Source: an uncultured Gemmatimonadaceae bacterium (lineage in GTDB: Bacteria > Gemmatimonadota > Gemmatimonadetes > Gemmatimonadales > GWC2-71-9). Taken from it: DNA of 64,000 nucleotides. Position numbers and translations under genes: made by a program. The stretch is taken from positions 6,736-70,735 of the forward strand of contig CAYGBV010000017.1 in NCBI GenBank assembly GCA_964348295.1, read 5' to 3'. The notes under the pieces are model-generated. The model ran no database searches, had not been told where the DNA came from, and worked only from the letters and a program-made list of their open reading frames with translations. Of this stretch, positions 30,628 to 40,376 are shown piece after piece (within the stretch, counting starts at the first letter, position 1; the number at the start of each line of letters is the position of its first letter).

Positions 30628-30697
30628 GGGTGGTCCTCGGACTCCATGAGCGGAGTCCCTATGCTGTCAACGGCTCAGAGGCTACTTTACCCATCCC

Positions 30698-30779
30698 GCG
30701 GCCGTGGCGGAACTGGTAGACGCGCCAGCCTTAGGAGCTGGTGGGGCAACCCGTGGGGGTTCGAGTCCCTCCGGCCGCA
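30698..30779 (+). tRNA. tRNA-Leu, anticodon UAG
   Basis: Acceptor GCGGCCG/CGGCCGC. D-arm GGCGGAACTGGTAGACGC, nearly identical to E. coli tRNA-Leu. Anticodon stem CCAGC/GCTGG with loop CTTAGGA. Long variable arm. T-arm GGGGGTTCGAGTCCCTC. CCA is not encoded. Confidence 0.93.
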
Positions 30780-30874
30780 CTGGGGTCGTGCGCGGCGGCG
30801 ACCGCACGGTCGCTCCGGCGAGCCCCCAGCTCCGCTGCCCCCCTGCTCAGTGGTCGCCGTCGCGACCCACCGCC

Positions 30875-31618
30875 CTACTGCCCTTCCCCGTCGCCGCCCG
30901 CTCGCTCCTCCGCCTGCCGCTTCTTCCTGTCCCGCCACCGTTTGCGCGGCTCCAGCTTGGCTAGCCTGTACAGATTCTTGCCGAAGCGCACCGCGAGCAC
31001 CGTGAACATCGCCAGCGCCATCACTGCTACCACGGCGTTGGCGACGAAGCGAACCTCGTCCCCCACGCCGGGGAGCAGCGTGGAGCTGAGCCACAGCACT
31101 CCGTTCACCAGGATCAGGATGATGCGTGCCTCGGTCGGGCCGATCTTCGCGTAGGCGATCTTGAACACGCCGAAGACCGCGGATTCGAGGTAGACGTTGA
31201 TCGAGAGCGTGAGGTATACCAGGACCAGGACAAGAGCGATGTCGAGGCGCACGTACGGCGACAGGCCGAGCCCGACACCAATCACGGCCGTGTTGAACGC
31301 ATCGACCACGTGGTCGATGTAGTACCCGTAACGCGGCCGCTCGGCCTTGCGCACGCGCGCCAGCGTCCCGTCGAGGCTGTCCCCGAACCAGTTGACCACG
31401 AGCATGGCGCTCGCGAGCCAGAGCCAGTCGGGGTCGTAGGCCGAGAGCGCGTAGCCGAGACCCGTGCCGACCGCGCCGGCCACCCCCAGCATGGTGAAGT
31501 GGTTCGGGTTGAGCCAGCCGGGCACCTTCCCGGCCATCGCGCGGAGCACCCGTCGCTCCGGCTCGGCCAGCAGGAAGGCCATCTCGCGCTTCGCCTTTGC
31601 CGTCTCTGCCTTGTCCAT
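30875..31618 (-). CDS. CDP-alcohol phosphatidyltransferase family protein
   Basis: GDSLDGTLAR...YYIDHVVDAF matches the D-x2-D-G-x2-A-R...D-x3-D motif. Start is ATG 31618 or 31657. Confidence 0.82.
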   Translation of the reverse strand: MDKAETAKAKREMAFLLAEPERRVLRAMAGKVPGWLNPNHFTMLGVAGAVGTGLGYALSAYDPDWLWLASAMLVVNWFGDSLDGTLARVRKAERPRYGYYIDHVVDAFNTAVIGVGLGLSPYVRLDIALVLVLVYLTLSINVYLESAVFGVFKIAYAKIGPTEARIILILVNGVLWLSSTLLPGVGDEVRFVANAVVAVMALAMFTVLAVRFGKNLYRLAKLEPRKRWRDRKKRQAEERAGGDGEGQ

Positions 31619-31777
31619 GGTCCGTCCCCGGGACGTGACTACTGCAAATTGGCGCACCTGGTGGCCCGCCCGCCAGCAGGCGGCTCGCCGCGCGAGGTCA
31701 CCCCTGGGGGCGGGGGCGTGCCGGGGTTAGATTTGGCCCCTCGTAGGCCGCTGGGAGCCCCGTGTAGATTGCAGGTG

Positions 31778-33037
31778 ATGAGCGTCGGCGTGAACGAGAT
31801 TCAGATCACGAAGGTCAAGGACGAGCCGGGCGAAACCTCGCTCCGGGTCGAGGTGCCCGTGGACCGGGTCCAGGCCGCCGAGCGGAAGGCGGCGTCGCAC
31901 TGGGCCAAGCGGGTCCGCATCCCCGGGTTCCGCAAGGGCAAGGCGCCACTGGACGTCGTGAAGAAGAAGTACCGCGACGCGATCCGCGAGAGCGTGATCC
32001 AGGATCTGGTGACCGATAGCTGGCGGGCTGCCGTGGACCAGGAGAGCCTCAAGCCGATCGCCGACCCGCGCATCCGGGATCTCAAGTTCGAGGACGGCTC
32101 ACCGGTCACGTTCGAGCTGCTGGTGGAGGTCAAGCCCGACATCACCCTCGACCGGCTGGGCGGGTTCCGCCTCACTCGCAAGGCGGCCGTTGTCAGCGAC
32201 GACATGGTGGAGGAGCAAATCGACGATCTCCGGCGGCAGAAGGCCCCCTGGGTACCGGTGGAGGGTGCGCAGCCGAAGCCCGGCGAGCTAGTATCGGTGA
32301 CGATCGCGACCCTCGCGGAGGGCGAGTCCGACGAGCCGCGCCAGTATCAGGTCGTGCTCGGCTCGGGCCAGGCGATTCCGGACCTCGAGGAAGAGATCAT
32401 GAAGCTCGCGCCGGGGCACACGGCCGAGGCGAACGTGCGCTATCCCGACGACTTCCCGGACGAGGCGAAGCGGGGAGAGACACGCGGCGTGCGGATCACC
32501 CTGCACGAGGTGAAGCGCCAGGAGCTGCCGGAGCTGACCGACGAGTTCGCCCGGGAGCTGGGGGACTTCGACTCGGTTGCCGCGCTGCGGGACACGGTCC
32601 GGGAGGACCTAGAGGCGCACGCTGGCCGCGAGGCCGATGCCGAGGTCCGGCGGCAGCTCATCGAACAGGTCATCGCGGCCAACAATCTGGAGGCGCCGCG
32701 CCCGCTGGTGCAGCGTGTGCTGAGCGCCTACGCGCAGGCCTATGAGGTCCCCGACGACCAGCTCGAGAAGTTTGCCGCCGAGTTCGGGCCGGTGGCCGAG
32801 CGGCAGGTGCAGCGGGACCTCATCATCGACCACGTGGCGCAGCGGGAGACCCTCAGCGCGACTGAGGAGGACGTAGACCGACGGATAGCAGAGATCGCCC
32901 AGCGGCGCAACGCCCAACCGGCCCAGGTCTATGCGTCGCTACAGAAGGCGAACCAGCTCCGGGAAATCGAGCGGAGCCTGACCGAGGAGAAGGTGTTCGA
33001 GCACCTGCTCGAGCAGTCCACCGTGACCAATGAGTGA
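31778..33037 (+). CDS. tig: trigger factor
   Basis: Start at ATG 31778; the upstream part of the 575-aa ORF is antisense shadow. ...[18 protein letters not shown]... signature. Conserved tig-clpP-clpX order. Confidence 0.92.
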   Translation: MSVGVNEIQITKVKDEPGETSLRVEVPVDRVQAAERKAASHWAKRVRIPGFRKGKAPLDVVKKKYRDAIRESVIQDLVTDSWRAAVDQESLKPIADPRIRDLKFEDGSPVTFELLVEVKPDITLDRLGGFRLTRKAAVVSDDMVEEQIDDLRRQKAPWVPVEGAQPKPGELVSVTIATLAEGESDEPRQYQVVLGSGQAIPDLEEEIMKLAPGHTAEANVRYPDDFPDEAKRGETRGVRITLHEVKRQELPELTDEFARELGDFDSVAALRDTVREDLEAHAGREADAEVRRQLIEQVIAANNLEAPRPLVQRVLSAYAQAYEVPDDQLEKFAAEFGPVAERQVQRDLIIDHVAQRETLSATEEDVDRRIAEIAQRRNAQPAQVYASLQKANQLREIERSLTEEKVFEHLLEQSTVTNE

Positions 33038-33056
33038 GAGACACCGCGAAGAAGCC

Positions 33057-33671
33057 ATGGGAACCATCTTTCCACCGTACGTGATCGAGCGCTCCAGCAG
33101 GGGAGAGCGGACCTACGACATCTTCTCTCGCCTGCTCATGGATCGGATCGTCTTCATGGGCACGCCGATCAACGATGACGTGGCCAACGTCATCATCGCC
33201 CAGCTGCTGTTCCTCGAGGCAGACAACCCGGAGCGGGACATCTACCTCTATATCAACTCGCCAGGCGGGATCATCTCCTCCTCGTTCGCCATCTACGACA
33301 CCATGCAGCACATCCGGGCGCCGGTGAACACGATCTGCATGGGGATGGCGGCGTCCGCGGGGTCGTTCCTGCTGGCGGCGGGTGCCCAGGGGAAGCGGGC
33401 GGCACTGCCCCACGCGCGGATCATGATGCACCAGCCCTCGGGCGGGTATCAGGGCACGGCCGCCGACATCGAGATCCAGGCGAAGGAGATCCTCTACCTG
33501 CGCAACAAGCTCAACGAGCTGTACTCAGTACACACGGGGAAGCCGATCGACCAGATCGAGCTGGACATCGACCGCGACCGCTTCATGTCGGCCGCGGAGG
33601 CCGTGGAGTACGGGATCATCGACAAAGTGATCCAGCAGCGGGCCGAGCTCGAAACCGACAAGTCGGCTTGA
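33057..33671 (+). CDS. clpP: ATP-dependent Clp protease proteolytic subunit
   Basis: [20 protein letters not shown]. Active-site context [12 protein letters not shown] and IMMHQP. Alternative start at ATG 33030. Confidence 0.95.
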   Translation: MGTIFPPYVIERSSRGERTYDIFSRLLMDRIVFMGTPINDDVANVIIAQLLFLEADNPERDIYLYINSPGGIISSSFAIYDTMQHIRAPVNTICMGMAASAGSFLLAAGAQGKRAALPHARIMMHQPSGGYQGTAADIEIQAKEILYLRNKLNELYSVHTGKPIDQIELDIDRDRFMSAAEAVEYGIIDKVIQQRAELETDKSA

Positions 33672-33719
33672 CGAAAGGACTTGCGAGGCCCATACTAGCG
33701 GCAACTCGACGCACGACCG

Positions 33720-34970
33720 ATGCCTCAAGACAAGCACCTGCGCTGCTCGTTCTGCGGTAAATCCAAGGACGCGGTCCGGAAGTTCATCTCTGGCCCGTCG
33801 GTGTACATCTGCAACGAGTGCATCGCCCTCTGCAACGAGATCCTGGCGGAGGACGAGGAGCGCGAAGTCGCCGAAGCGATCACGCAGGTCCCCACGCCGG
33901 CCGAGATCAAGGAGGTGCTGGACGAGTACGTGATCGGGCAGGAGCAGGCGAAGAAGGTGCTCTCCGTGGCGGTCTACAGCCACTACAAGCGCATCAACTC
34001 CGATTCGCTGCGCAACAGCGAGGTCGAGCTCGAGAAGTCGAACATCCTGCTGCTCGGCCCGACCGGCGTGGGTAAGACGCTCCTCGCACAGACGCTCGCG
34101 CGCATCCTCGACGTGCCGTTCACGATCGCCGACGCCACGACACTCACCGAGGCGGGGTACGTGGGCGAAGACGTGGAGAACATCCTGGTCCGGCTCCTGC
34201 AAGCGGGAGACTTCAACGTCACCGAGTGCGAGCACGGCATCGTCTACATCGACGAGCTCGACAAGATCGCGCGCAAGAGCGAGAACCCGAGCATCACGCG
34301 GGACGTGTCCGGCGAGGGAGTGCAGCAGGCCCTGCTCAAGATCCTCGAGGGGACGGTCGCCTCGGTGCCCCCGCAGGGCGGACGCAAGCACCCGCAGCAG
34401 GAGTACATCCAGATAGACACCCGCAACGTCCTGTTCATCTGCGGTGGGGCGTTCGACGGGCTCGAGAAGATCATCGAGGCCCGCACGGGCCGCCGGCAGA
34501 TCGGGTTCAGCAAGGAGGAGCTCGAGGCTGGCAAGGACCAGCAGCTCAAGCGCAACCCCTACTACGACGTGGAGCCCGACGACCTGCTGCGCTACGGGCT
34601 CATCCCCGAGCTGGTGGGACGCCTGCCCGTCACGGTGGCGCTCGACCAACTCGACGAGGTCGCCCTGGTTCAGATCCTGCTGGAGCCGAAGAACGCCCTC
34701 AGCAAGCAGTACAAGAAGCTGTTCGAGCTGGAGAACGTGGGCCTCACGTTCGAGCCCGACGCGCTACGCGCGGTCGCACGCCACGCCATCAATCACGGCA
34801 CGGGGGCACGAGGCCTCCGCGCCATCCTCGAGGAGGTCATGACCGAGATCATGTTCGAGCTGCCCAGCCGGCATGACGTGCGCGAGGTCGTGATCACCAA
34901 GGAATGCATCACCGAGGGCCGGCCGCCGCTCGTGGTCACCGAGGGTGCCCGGGCGAAGAAAGAGGCCTGA
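33720..34970 (+). CDS. clpX: ATP-dependent Clp protease ATP-binding subunit
   Basis: Zinc-binding CSFCGK...CNEC. Walker [18 protein letters not shown]. Confidence 0.96.
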   Translation: MPQDKHLRCSFCGKSKDAVRKFISGPSVYICNECIALCNEILAEDEEREVAEAITQVPTPAEIKEVLDEYVIGQEQAKKVLSVAVYSHYKRINSDSLRNSEVELEKSNILLLGPTGVGKTLLAQTLARILDVPFTIADATTLTEAGYVGEDVENILVRLLQAGDFNVTECEHGIVYIDELDKIARKSENPSITRDVSGEGVQQALLKILEGTVASVPPQGGRKHPQQEYIQIDTRNVLFICGGAFDGLEKIIEARTGRRQIGFSKEELEAGKDQQLKRNPYYDVEPDDLLRYGLIPELVGRLPVTVALDQLDEVALVQILLEPKNALSKQYKKLFELENVGLTFEPDALRAVARHAINHGTGARGLRAILEEVMTEIMFELPSRHDVREVVITKECITEGRPPLVVTEGARAKKEA

Positions 34971-35572
34971 CTAGCGTCACCTTCATCGGCAGCTATCCGG
35001 CTGCCGATTTCCGCCTACGGCCCCTGCTTCCCGAAGTCGGCTTCCTGGGCCGCTCCAACGTCGGGAAGTCGTCCCTGATCAACGCCCTCGTGGGACGGCG
35101 TGCGCTCGCGCGCACCAGCAAGACCCCCGGGAAGACCCGGATGTGCAACGTGTTCAACATCGGGGACCGCTACTACCTGGTGGATCTGCCGGGGTACGGC
35201 TATGCCCGGGCCTCCAAGCGAGACCGGCGCCGGCTTCACGCGCTGCTGCAGGAGTATCTTTCCACCAGGGAGCCGCTGGCGGGGGTAGTGTGGCTGCTGG
35301 ACGTGCGCCGCGAGCCCTCCGCGGAAGATCGGGACATGGGCGCTGAGCTGGCCGAGCGGGGCGTCCCCACCCTCGCCGCCATCACCAAGGCGGACAAGCT
35401 CGGCCGCGCGCGGCGGCTGGAGCGAACCCGCGAGATCCTCTACGCCGTGGGGCTCCCGCAGGAGCAGAGCGTGGTGACCAGTACGCGCACCCGAGAGGGA
35501 ATCGAGCAGTTGCGGGACGCCATCGACGGGCTGGTGGACGGATGGAGCGCGGGCCCCGGGGGAGCGGCGTGA
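34904..35572 (+). CDS. engB: ribosome-biogenesis GTPase YihA/EngB
   Basis: [21 protein letters not shown]1, DLPGYGYA G3 and TKADK G4. The only canonical start is ATG 34904 (67-nt overlap with clpX); a CTG at 34967 would fit the family length better. Confidence 0.88.
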   Translation: MHHRGPAAARGHRGCPGEERGLTSVTFIGSYPAADFRLRPLLPEVGFLGRSNVGKSSLINALVGRRALARTSKTPGKTRMCNVFNIGDRYYLVDLPGYGYARASKRDRRRLHALLQEYLSTREPLAGVVWLLDVRREPSAEDRDMGAELAERGVPTLAAITKADKLGRARRLERTREILYAVGLPQEQSVVTSTRTREGIEQLRDAIDGLVDGWSAGPGGAA

Positions 35573-36213
35573 GCGCCGCGGCCCGTGCGGTGATCGGCCT
35601 CGTGCCGATCGTGGCCCTCCTGGCCCACGCCGGCTCGGCCCGCGCCCAGCAGGACTCGGCCGGGCCAGGCGACCAGACCCGGGCCCTGCCGCCGGCCGGG
35701 TACGGCACCCTGCGGCAGGACGACGTCTCGTTGCGGCTCGACATCGAGACGCACCGGATCCAGGTCGTGCCGCTGCACGAAGGGATCATCCGGCTCCTCG
35801 CCAACGACACTTACGCCTCGCTCCACCGCCTGCGCGAGTCCAAGGCGGAGGAGATCCAGCAGGTAGCCAGCCGGTACGGCATCCGCGAGCCGACCCTGTT
35901 CCTGGTCACCTTCTTCGGCCGCCAGGACCAGGCACGGTTCCTGCCTGAGATCCTCACCGTGACCAGCCAGAGTCGGCTGTTCCGCCCGATCGAGATCTTC
36001 CCCCTCTCCCCCCTGTGGAGTGGACAGCTGCTGAACCAGCGCGAAACGGCCCGCGCGATCTACATGTACGAGGATGGGATCCGGCTGGCGAACGAGATGA
36101 CCATCTCCTACGGGAGCTTCACCAACGACGCGTGGGCCCTCATCGTTCGGGTGCTCGATGCCGAGCGGGGCGCGGTCCTGGCCCGCGCCGCGCGGCAGCA
36201 GGAGAATCCCTAG
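35569..36213 (+). CDS. hypothetical secreted protein
   Basis: GTG 35569 overlaps the engB stop (GTGA). Signal peptide ...VALLAHAGSARAQQ. No family recognised. Confidence 0.55.
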   Translation: MSAAARAVIGLVPIVALLAHAGSARAQQDSAGPGDQTRALPPAGYGTLRQDDVSLRLDIETHRIQVVPLHEGIIRLLANDTYASLHRLRESKAEEIQQVASRYGIREPTLFLVTFFGRQDQARFLPEILTVTSQSRLFRPIEIFPLSPLWSGQLLNQRETARAIYMYEDGIRLANEMTISYGSFTNDAWALIVRVLDAERGAVLARAARQQENP

Positions 36214-37178
36214 CGGCCCGCGCGCCGCCGGCCGGACTGCAGCACCAGCACCGCTTCACGCACCTGAGATTCGATCCATCGCGCCATTTGCGGGTGCGCG
36301 AGAAGCGCGTCTCCCACGTACTTGACCGGGAGCCCGGCCAGGTCGGCCGGGAGCTTCTCCGCCGTGATGCGCCCACGCGCCACGAGGAGCGGCACGACCA
36401 CGACCGGACGGCCCGTCAGCCCGTATTGCAGCTCTATCACGTCCCGCACCTGTCGCACCGCCTCCTCCCGGACCACGGCCGGGGCATCGTCGCGCACGAG
36501 CCCCACCCTCACGTCGCGGAAGCCAGTCCAGGCGGCGATGCTGTCGGCCAGCGTGCGCATGTTCCGCATCCAGAGGGCCCAGCGCTGCGGCGAGTTGGGG
36601 CCGTGCCCCACCACGTAGAGCGCCTCCTCGGCCGGTGCCGTGGCGAGGGCGAGTGCCCGATCGGCCAGGACTCGGGCGACCTCCGGGGCGTCGTCCATCC
36701 CGCCGGCAAGCACCGTGGGAACCACGCTCTCCGGACGCTCGATCCCACCCATCGTCAGGTGGCGCCGCATCTCCGCCGACAGCGAATCAGTCTCCCCCAC
36801 CAGGTAGCGCACCTGCTCGTAGTGGCCGCTGTGGCTCGAGACCAGCAGGGGCACCACCACGATGAGCGCCGCTCCGGCGTCCACCAGTCTTTGCAGGGCG
36901 ACCTGGAAGGGACGCTGCGGCGCTCCCGGACCCATCAGGAAGCTCACCTCCACCGGCCCGTCGCTCTCGACCATCTCGGCCACGGCGACGACCTGAGCGT
37001 TCCACTCGGGCCCACCACCGTGGGCCACCACGAGGGTGCCCACGGGCCCAGCCGCCTGGGCGGCCGCAGCAGTGGGCCACGCCACCCGGGCCAGGAGGAG
37101 GCCCACGAGGGCGGTACGCGGCAGGGAGAGAGAAGCCGTAGGCCGAGGGCAGACAGCCCGCTCAGCGGGGGTTAGCAT
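36210..37178 (-). CDS. CbiX/SirB-like double-domain protein with signal peptide
   Basis: ATG 37178. Leader ...LVGLLLARVAWPTAAAAQA. Two repeats each with an xxVxHG start (LVVAHGGG, YVVGHGPN) and VVVPLLV strands, like the CbiX chelatase fold. Confidence 0.5.
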   Translation of the reverse strand: MLTPAERAVCPRPTASLSLPRTALVGLLLARVAWPTAAAAQAAGPVGTLVVAHGGGPEWNAQVVAVAEMVESDGPVEVSFLMGPGAPQRPFQVALQRLVDAGAALIVVVPLLVSSHSGHYEQVRYLVGETDSLSAEMRRHLTMGGIERPESVVPTVLAGGMDDAPEVARVLADRALALATAPAEEALYVVGHGPNSPQRWALWMRNMRTLADSIAAWTGFRDVRVGLVRDDAPAVVREEAVRQVRDVIELQYGLTGRPVVVVPLLVARGRITAEKLPADLAGLPVKYVGDALLAHPQMARWIESQVREAVLVLQSGRRRAGR

Positions 37179-37336
37179 TGTGGGGGACACGGGGCACGTA
37201 CTCGATTCGATGTGGCGAAATCTGGGAACTTTCGGGGGAATGGACTTCGTTGATAGCACACCCCAACTTGAACAATCCCGAATCTACTCGGGGTATTTGA
37301 CGTGGTCAACGAACCTTTCGCCGAAGGGAATCCAGG

Positions 37337-38167
37337 ATGGTACTCCGTCCGCTCCGCAAGTTGAGCCTCCCGAAACCCGCGGATCGGGCCTACGGTCAGT
37401 GGCTGGGCGAACTCGAGGAGCGCCTAGCCGACCCGCAGTGCGACCGTTACCGGCTGTGTCGGGACGTGCTGTTCGACGTCTACTACCCGGGGCTCGACAG
37501 CTACGACGACCTCGTGGCCGACCCGGAGCTGCCGCCCGCCACGCGCGCCGCGCTCCTCGCGCTCGACCCACACCACATCACGCTCGAGCCCGAGTACTAC
37601 CACGAGATCGACGCGGAGCGGTACGCTCGGGTGAAGCCGCTGCTCTGGCTGTGGCAGAGCTTCGATCGCTCACCGCTGGGCGGCGGGAACGTGGATGCGG
37701 CCGTACGGTTTCGCCGGATCCTGGCACGGCACATCTTCAAGCGGTGCGGGAAGAACTTCAAGTGCTTTCAGTTCGTGGAGTTCTCCTTCGGGTACAACAT
37801 GGAGGTGGGGGACAACGTGGTCGTTCACCGACACGTGCTGCTGGACGACCGGGGTGGGATCGTGCTCGGCAACCGGGTCTCGGTGGCCGACTACGCCAAC
37901 ATCTACAGCCACACTCATGCCCTGGCCGACCAGGAAGACGTGACCGACGCCGTGGTGGTGCTCGAGGACGGCGTCCGAGTCACCTACCACGCCACGGTCC
38001 TCGCAGGCGTGCACGTGGGTGAAGAGGCCATGGTGGGCGCCGGGGCGGTGCTCACCAAGGACGCCAAGCCCTGGCACCTCTACCTCGGGGTGCCCGCCAA
38101 GCCCGTGCGGGTGAAGCCCAACGCCCCGCCCGAGATCACCGACGACTTGGAGCGTCCACCCACGTGA
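37337..38167 (+). CDS. hexapeptide-repeat (LbH) acyltransferase with unassigned N-terminal domain
   Basis: C-terminal VGDNVVVHRHVLLDDRGGIVLGNRVSVADYANIY...VTYHATVLAGVHVGEEAMVGAGAVL left-handed beta-helix repeats. Confidence 0.75.
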   Translation: MVLRPLRKLSLPKPADRAYGQWLGELEERLADPQCDRYRLCRDVLFDVYYPGLDSYDDLVADPELPPATRAALLALDPHHITLEPEYYHEIDAERYARVKPLLWLWQSFDRSPLGGGNVDAAVRFRRILARHIFKRCGKNFKCFQFVEFSFGYNMEVGDNVVVHRHVLLDDRGGIVLGNRVSVADYANIYSHTHALADQEDVTDAVVVLEDGVRVTYHATVLAGVHVGEEAMVGAGAVLTKDAKPWHLYLGVPAKPVRVKPNAPPEITDDLERPPT

Positions 38168-40296
38168 CCTTGCTCTGGATCCTGGCAGCTGTGGCGGCGC
38201 TCGCCGGCGGGTGGTGGCTCGGGTGGCGGATGGCCAGGAGCCGGTCCACCCAGGGCGTGGGCGGGGCCCTGGAGGAGACCCGCACGGAGCTCACCCGGCG
38301 ACTGAACGAGCTGTTCTCACTGCAAGAGCTGGCCTACGTCCTCTCCGACTCCATCCACCTGGACCGGATTGCTGAGCAGGTGGCGCGTTACGTGGACCGG
38401 TTCCTCGAGTGCGACGGCGTGGCCGTCGCACTCGCCCTCGACACACCGGACCGCCTCCGGGTGGTAGCCGCCCGTGGGTTCCTGTCCCGGCTCGAGGGCT
38501 ACGAGGTACGGGCATCGGTCGATGCCGGGCTCATGGGATCCGCCATGGTGCGGGAGCAACTGCAGGTTGCCGACGCCGCGGGCGATCGCGTGCTCACGCT
38601 GATGGGCGACATCGAGGCGGAGCGCGGGGCGGCCGTTCCGCTCCGGGCCCACGGGATGACAATCGGCGCGGTCGGCGTGGCCAAACACGAGGGACCGGAG
38701 TTCACCGAGGAGGATCTCCGGCTCCTCTCCACGGTGGCCACCCACGCGGCGATGGCCCTCGCCAACGCGCATTTCTTCTCGCTGGTCCACAGCGGCAAGC
38801 TGCAGTGGGAGACCACGTTCGACGCGCTGGCCGACGGCGTGGCGGTGGTGGACCAGGCGGGGCGTATCCGCCGCGCGAACCGCTCGGTGGCCACCATGCT
38901 GGGAATGAGTCTTCCGGAGATCATCGGCATGGAGCTGGAGCGAGCGCTGTTTGGCGCCTCGCCGGAGGTGGCCGATCTCCTCGAGCTTGCCCGGAAGGAG
39001 ACCCACTGCTCGCCCGTAACCCTCCGCTCCGCCTCGCTCAACCGCATCCTCCGCATCACGGCATCCGCGATCGCCGCGGACGTGGCAGCCGGGTGGGTCG
39101 CCATCCTGATCGAAGACGTCACCGAGCAGAAGGCGTTCGAGGCACAGCTGATTCAAAGCGAGAAGATGGCGGCCGTCGGCCAGCTGGTCTCCGGCGTGGC
39201 CCACGAACTGAACAACCCCCTCACCTCGATCGCTGGGCTCTCGGAATTTCTGCTCCAACGACCCGAGCCCGAAGAGCGCGACCGGGAGCACATCCGGGTG
39301 ATCCACGAACAGGCCGAGCGCGCTGCACACATCGTGCAGGACCTGTTGACGTTCGCCCGCAAAGGACCGGCCGAGACGGCCGCCGTAGACCTCAATGAGG
39401 TGGTGCAGCGGGCTAGCTCGCTGATCAACTACGAGGTGCGGCTCCGCAAGGTTGACCTCGAGAAAGCGCTGGCCGATAGGCTGCCGCCCGTGCTGGGCGA
39501 CCGCCACGAGATTCAGCAAGTCGTGCTCAACCTGCTCACCAACGCGGTCCACGCTGTGAGCGAGCTGCCGCCCCACGAGGCGCGTGTGGTGCGCGTGAGC
39601 ACGGAGCGGAGGAGGAACAAGGTCGTCCTCCGGGTAGCGGACTCCGGACCTGGGGTGCCGGACGAGCTGCTACCGCGGATCTTCGACCCGTTCGTCACCA
39701 GCAAGGATCCAGGCAAGGGGACCGGGCTGGGTCTTGCGATCACCTTCCGCATCGTGGAGGGGCACGGCGGGACGATCGAGGTGCAGCGCGCGAAGCTGGG
39801 TGGTGCCCTCTTCGTGGTCACCCTTCCGGCAGGCAAGGCCCGCTCGACGCCGCAGCCCGGCGCGGGCCCCGGGAGCGATGCCCAGCCGGCGGGATCCAGG
39901 GCGGGGCTGCCGCGAGGGCGGCGGGTGCTCCTGGTGGACGAGGATCCAGGGGTCCAGCGCATGATCGGCATCCTGTTTGCCCAGGACGGCCAGGAAGTGG
40001 AGGCGACCCGCGATGCGGCCCGCGCCCTCGAGCTGCTCGAGCGCCACCCCTACGACCTAGTACTGGCCGACCCGCGAGCCGCCGTCTCCGCCGGGGAGTC
40101 CTTCGCCACCGTGCTCTGCTCCCGCCACGCTGAGCTCGCGCCACGCACCATCTTCCTCACCGCCGATGTGCGACCCGAGACCGAGGAATGGCTCAGCGGA
40201 CTCGGGTGCCGCTACTTCCGCAAGCCGTTCAACATGCGCGAGCTGCGCGCCGCGGCGGCCGAGATTCTCGGCTCGACACACCCCAACCCGGCCTAG
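38164..40296 (+). CDS. hybrid sensor histidine kinase (TM-GAF-PAS-HisKA-HATPase-REC)
   Basis: GTG start overlaps the upstream stop (GTGA). H-box SGVAHELNNPLTSI. N/G boxes LLTNAVHA, DSGPGV and GTGLGLAI. C-terminal receiver RVLLVDEDP...DLVLAD. Confidence 0.9.
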   Translation: MTLLWILAAVAALAGGWWLGWRMARSRSTQGVGGALEETRTELTRRLNELFSLQELAYVLSDSIHLDRIAEQVARYVDRFLECDGVAVALALDTPDRLRVVAARGFLSRLEGYEVRASVDAGLMGSAMVREQLQVADAAGDRVLTLMGDIEAERGAAVPLRAHGMTIGAVGVAKHEGPEFTEEDLRLLSTVATHAAMALANAHFFSLVHSGKLQWETTFDALADGVAVVDQAGRIRRANRSVATMLGMSLPEIIGMELERALFGASPEVADLLELARKETHCSPVTLRSASLNRILRITASAIAADVAAGWVAILIEDVTEQKAFEAQLIQSEKMAAVGQLVSGVAHELNNPLTSIAGLSEFLLQRPEPEERDREHIRVIHEQAERAAHIVQDLLTFARKGPAETAAVDLNEVVQRASSLINYEVRLRKVDLEKALADRLPPVLGDRHEIQQVVLNLLTNAVHAVSELPPHEARVVRVSTERRRNKVVLRVADSGPGVPDELLPRIFDPFVTSKDPGKGTGLGLAITFRIVEGHGGTIEVQRAKLGGALFVVTLPAGKARSTPQPGAGPGSDAQPAGSRAGLPRGRRVLLVDEDPGVQRMIGILFAQDGQEVEATRDAARALELLERHPYDLVLADPRAAVSAGESFATVLCSRHAELAPRTIFLTADVRPETEEWLSGLGCRYFRKPFNMRELRAAAAEILGSTHPNPA

Positions 40297-40328
40297 CGGG
40301 GGCTTCCAGCCAACGACACGCAGACCAC

Positions 40329-40351
40329 CCTCCCGACAACGACTCGGGAGG
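40329..40351. terminator. hairpin between convergent kinase and ATPase genes
   Basis: CCTCCCGA-caacgac-TCGGGAGG, an 8-bp stem. Confidence 0.4.
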
Positions 40352-40376
40352 CGTTGCCTGCGACCGTCGAGGGAGA

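Noticed and set aside
25178-30697. Calling the low-GC block a mobile element
   Set aside because: No integrase, transposase, conjugation gene or flanking direct or inverted repeats could be found by eye. I report it only as a compositional anomaly.
31728-31735. TAGATTTG upstream of tig, matching the Bacteroidetes-type -7 promoter element TAnnTTTG
   Set aside because: It is a single instance with no TTTG at about -33. I could not find the motif upstream of other genes in the window, so I do not call it a promoter.
31310-31777. Long N-terminal extension of trigger factor
   Set aside because: It is antisense to the CDP-alcohol phosphatidyltransferase gene. Trigger factor homology begins at ATG 31778.
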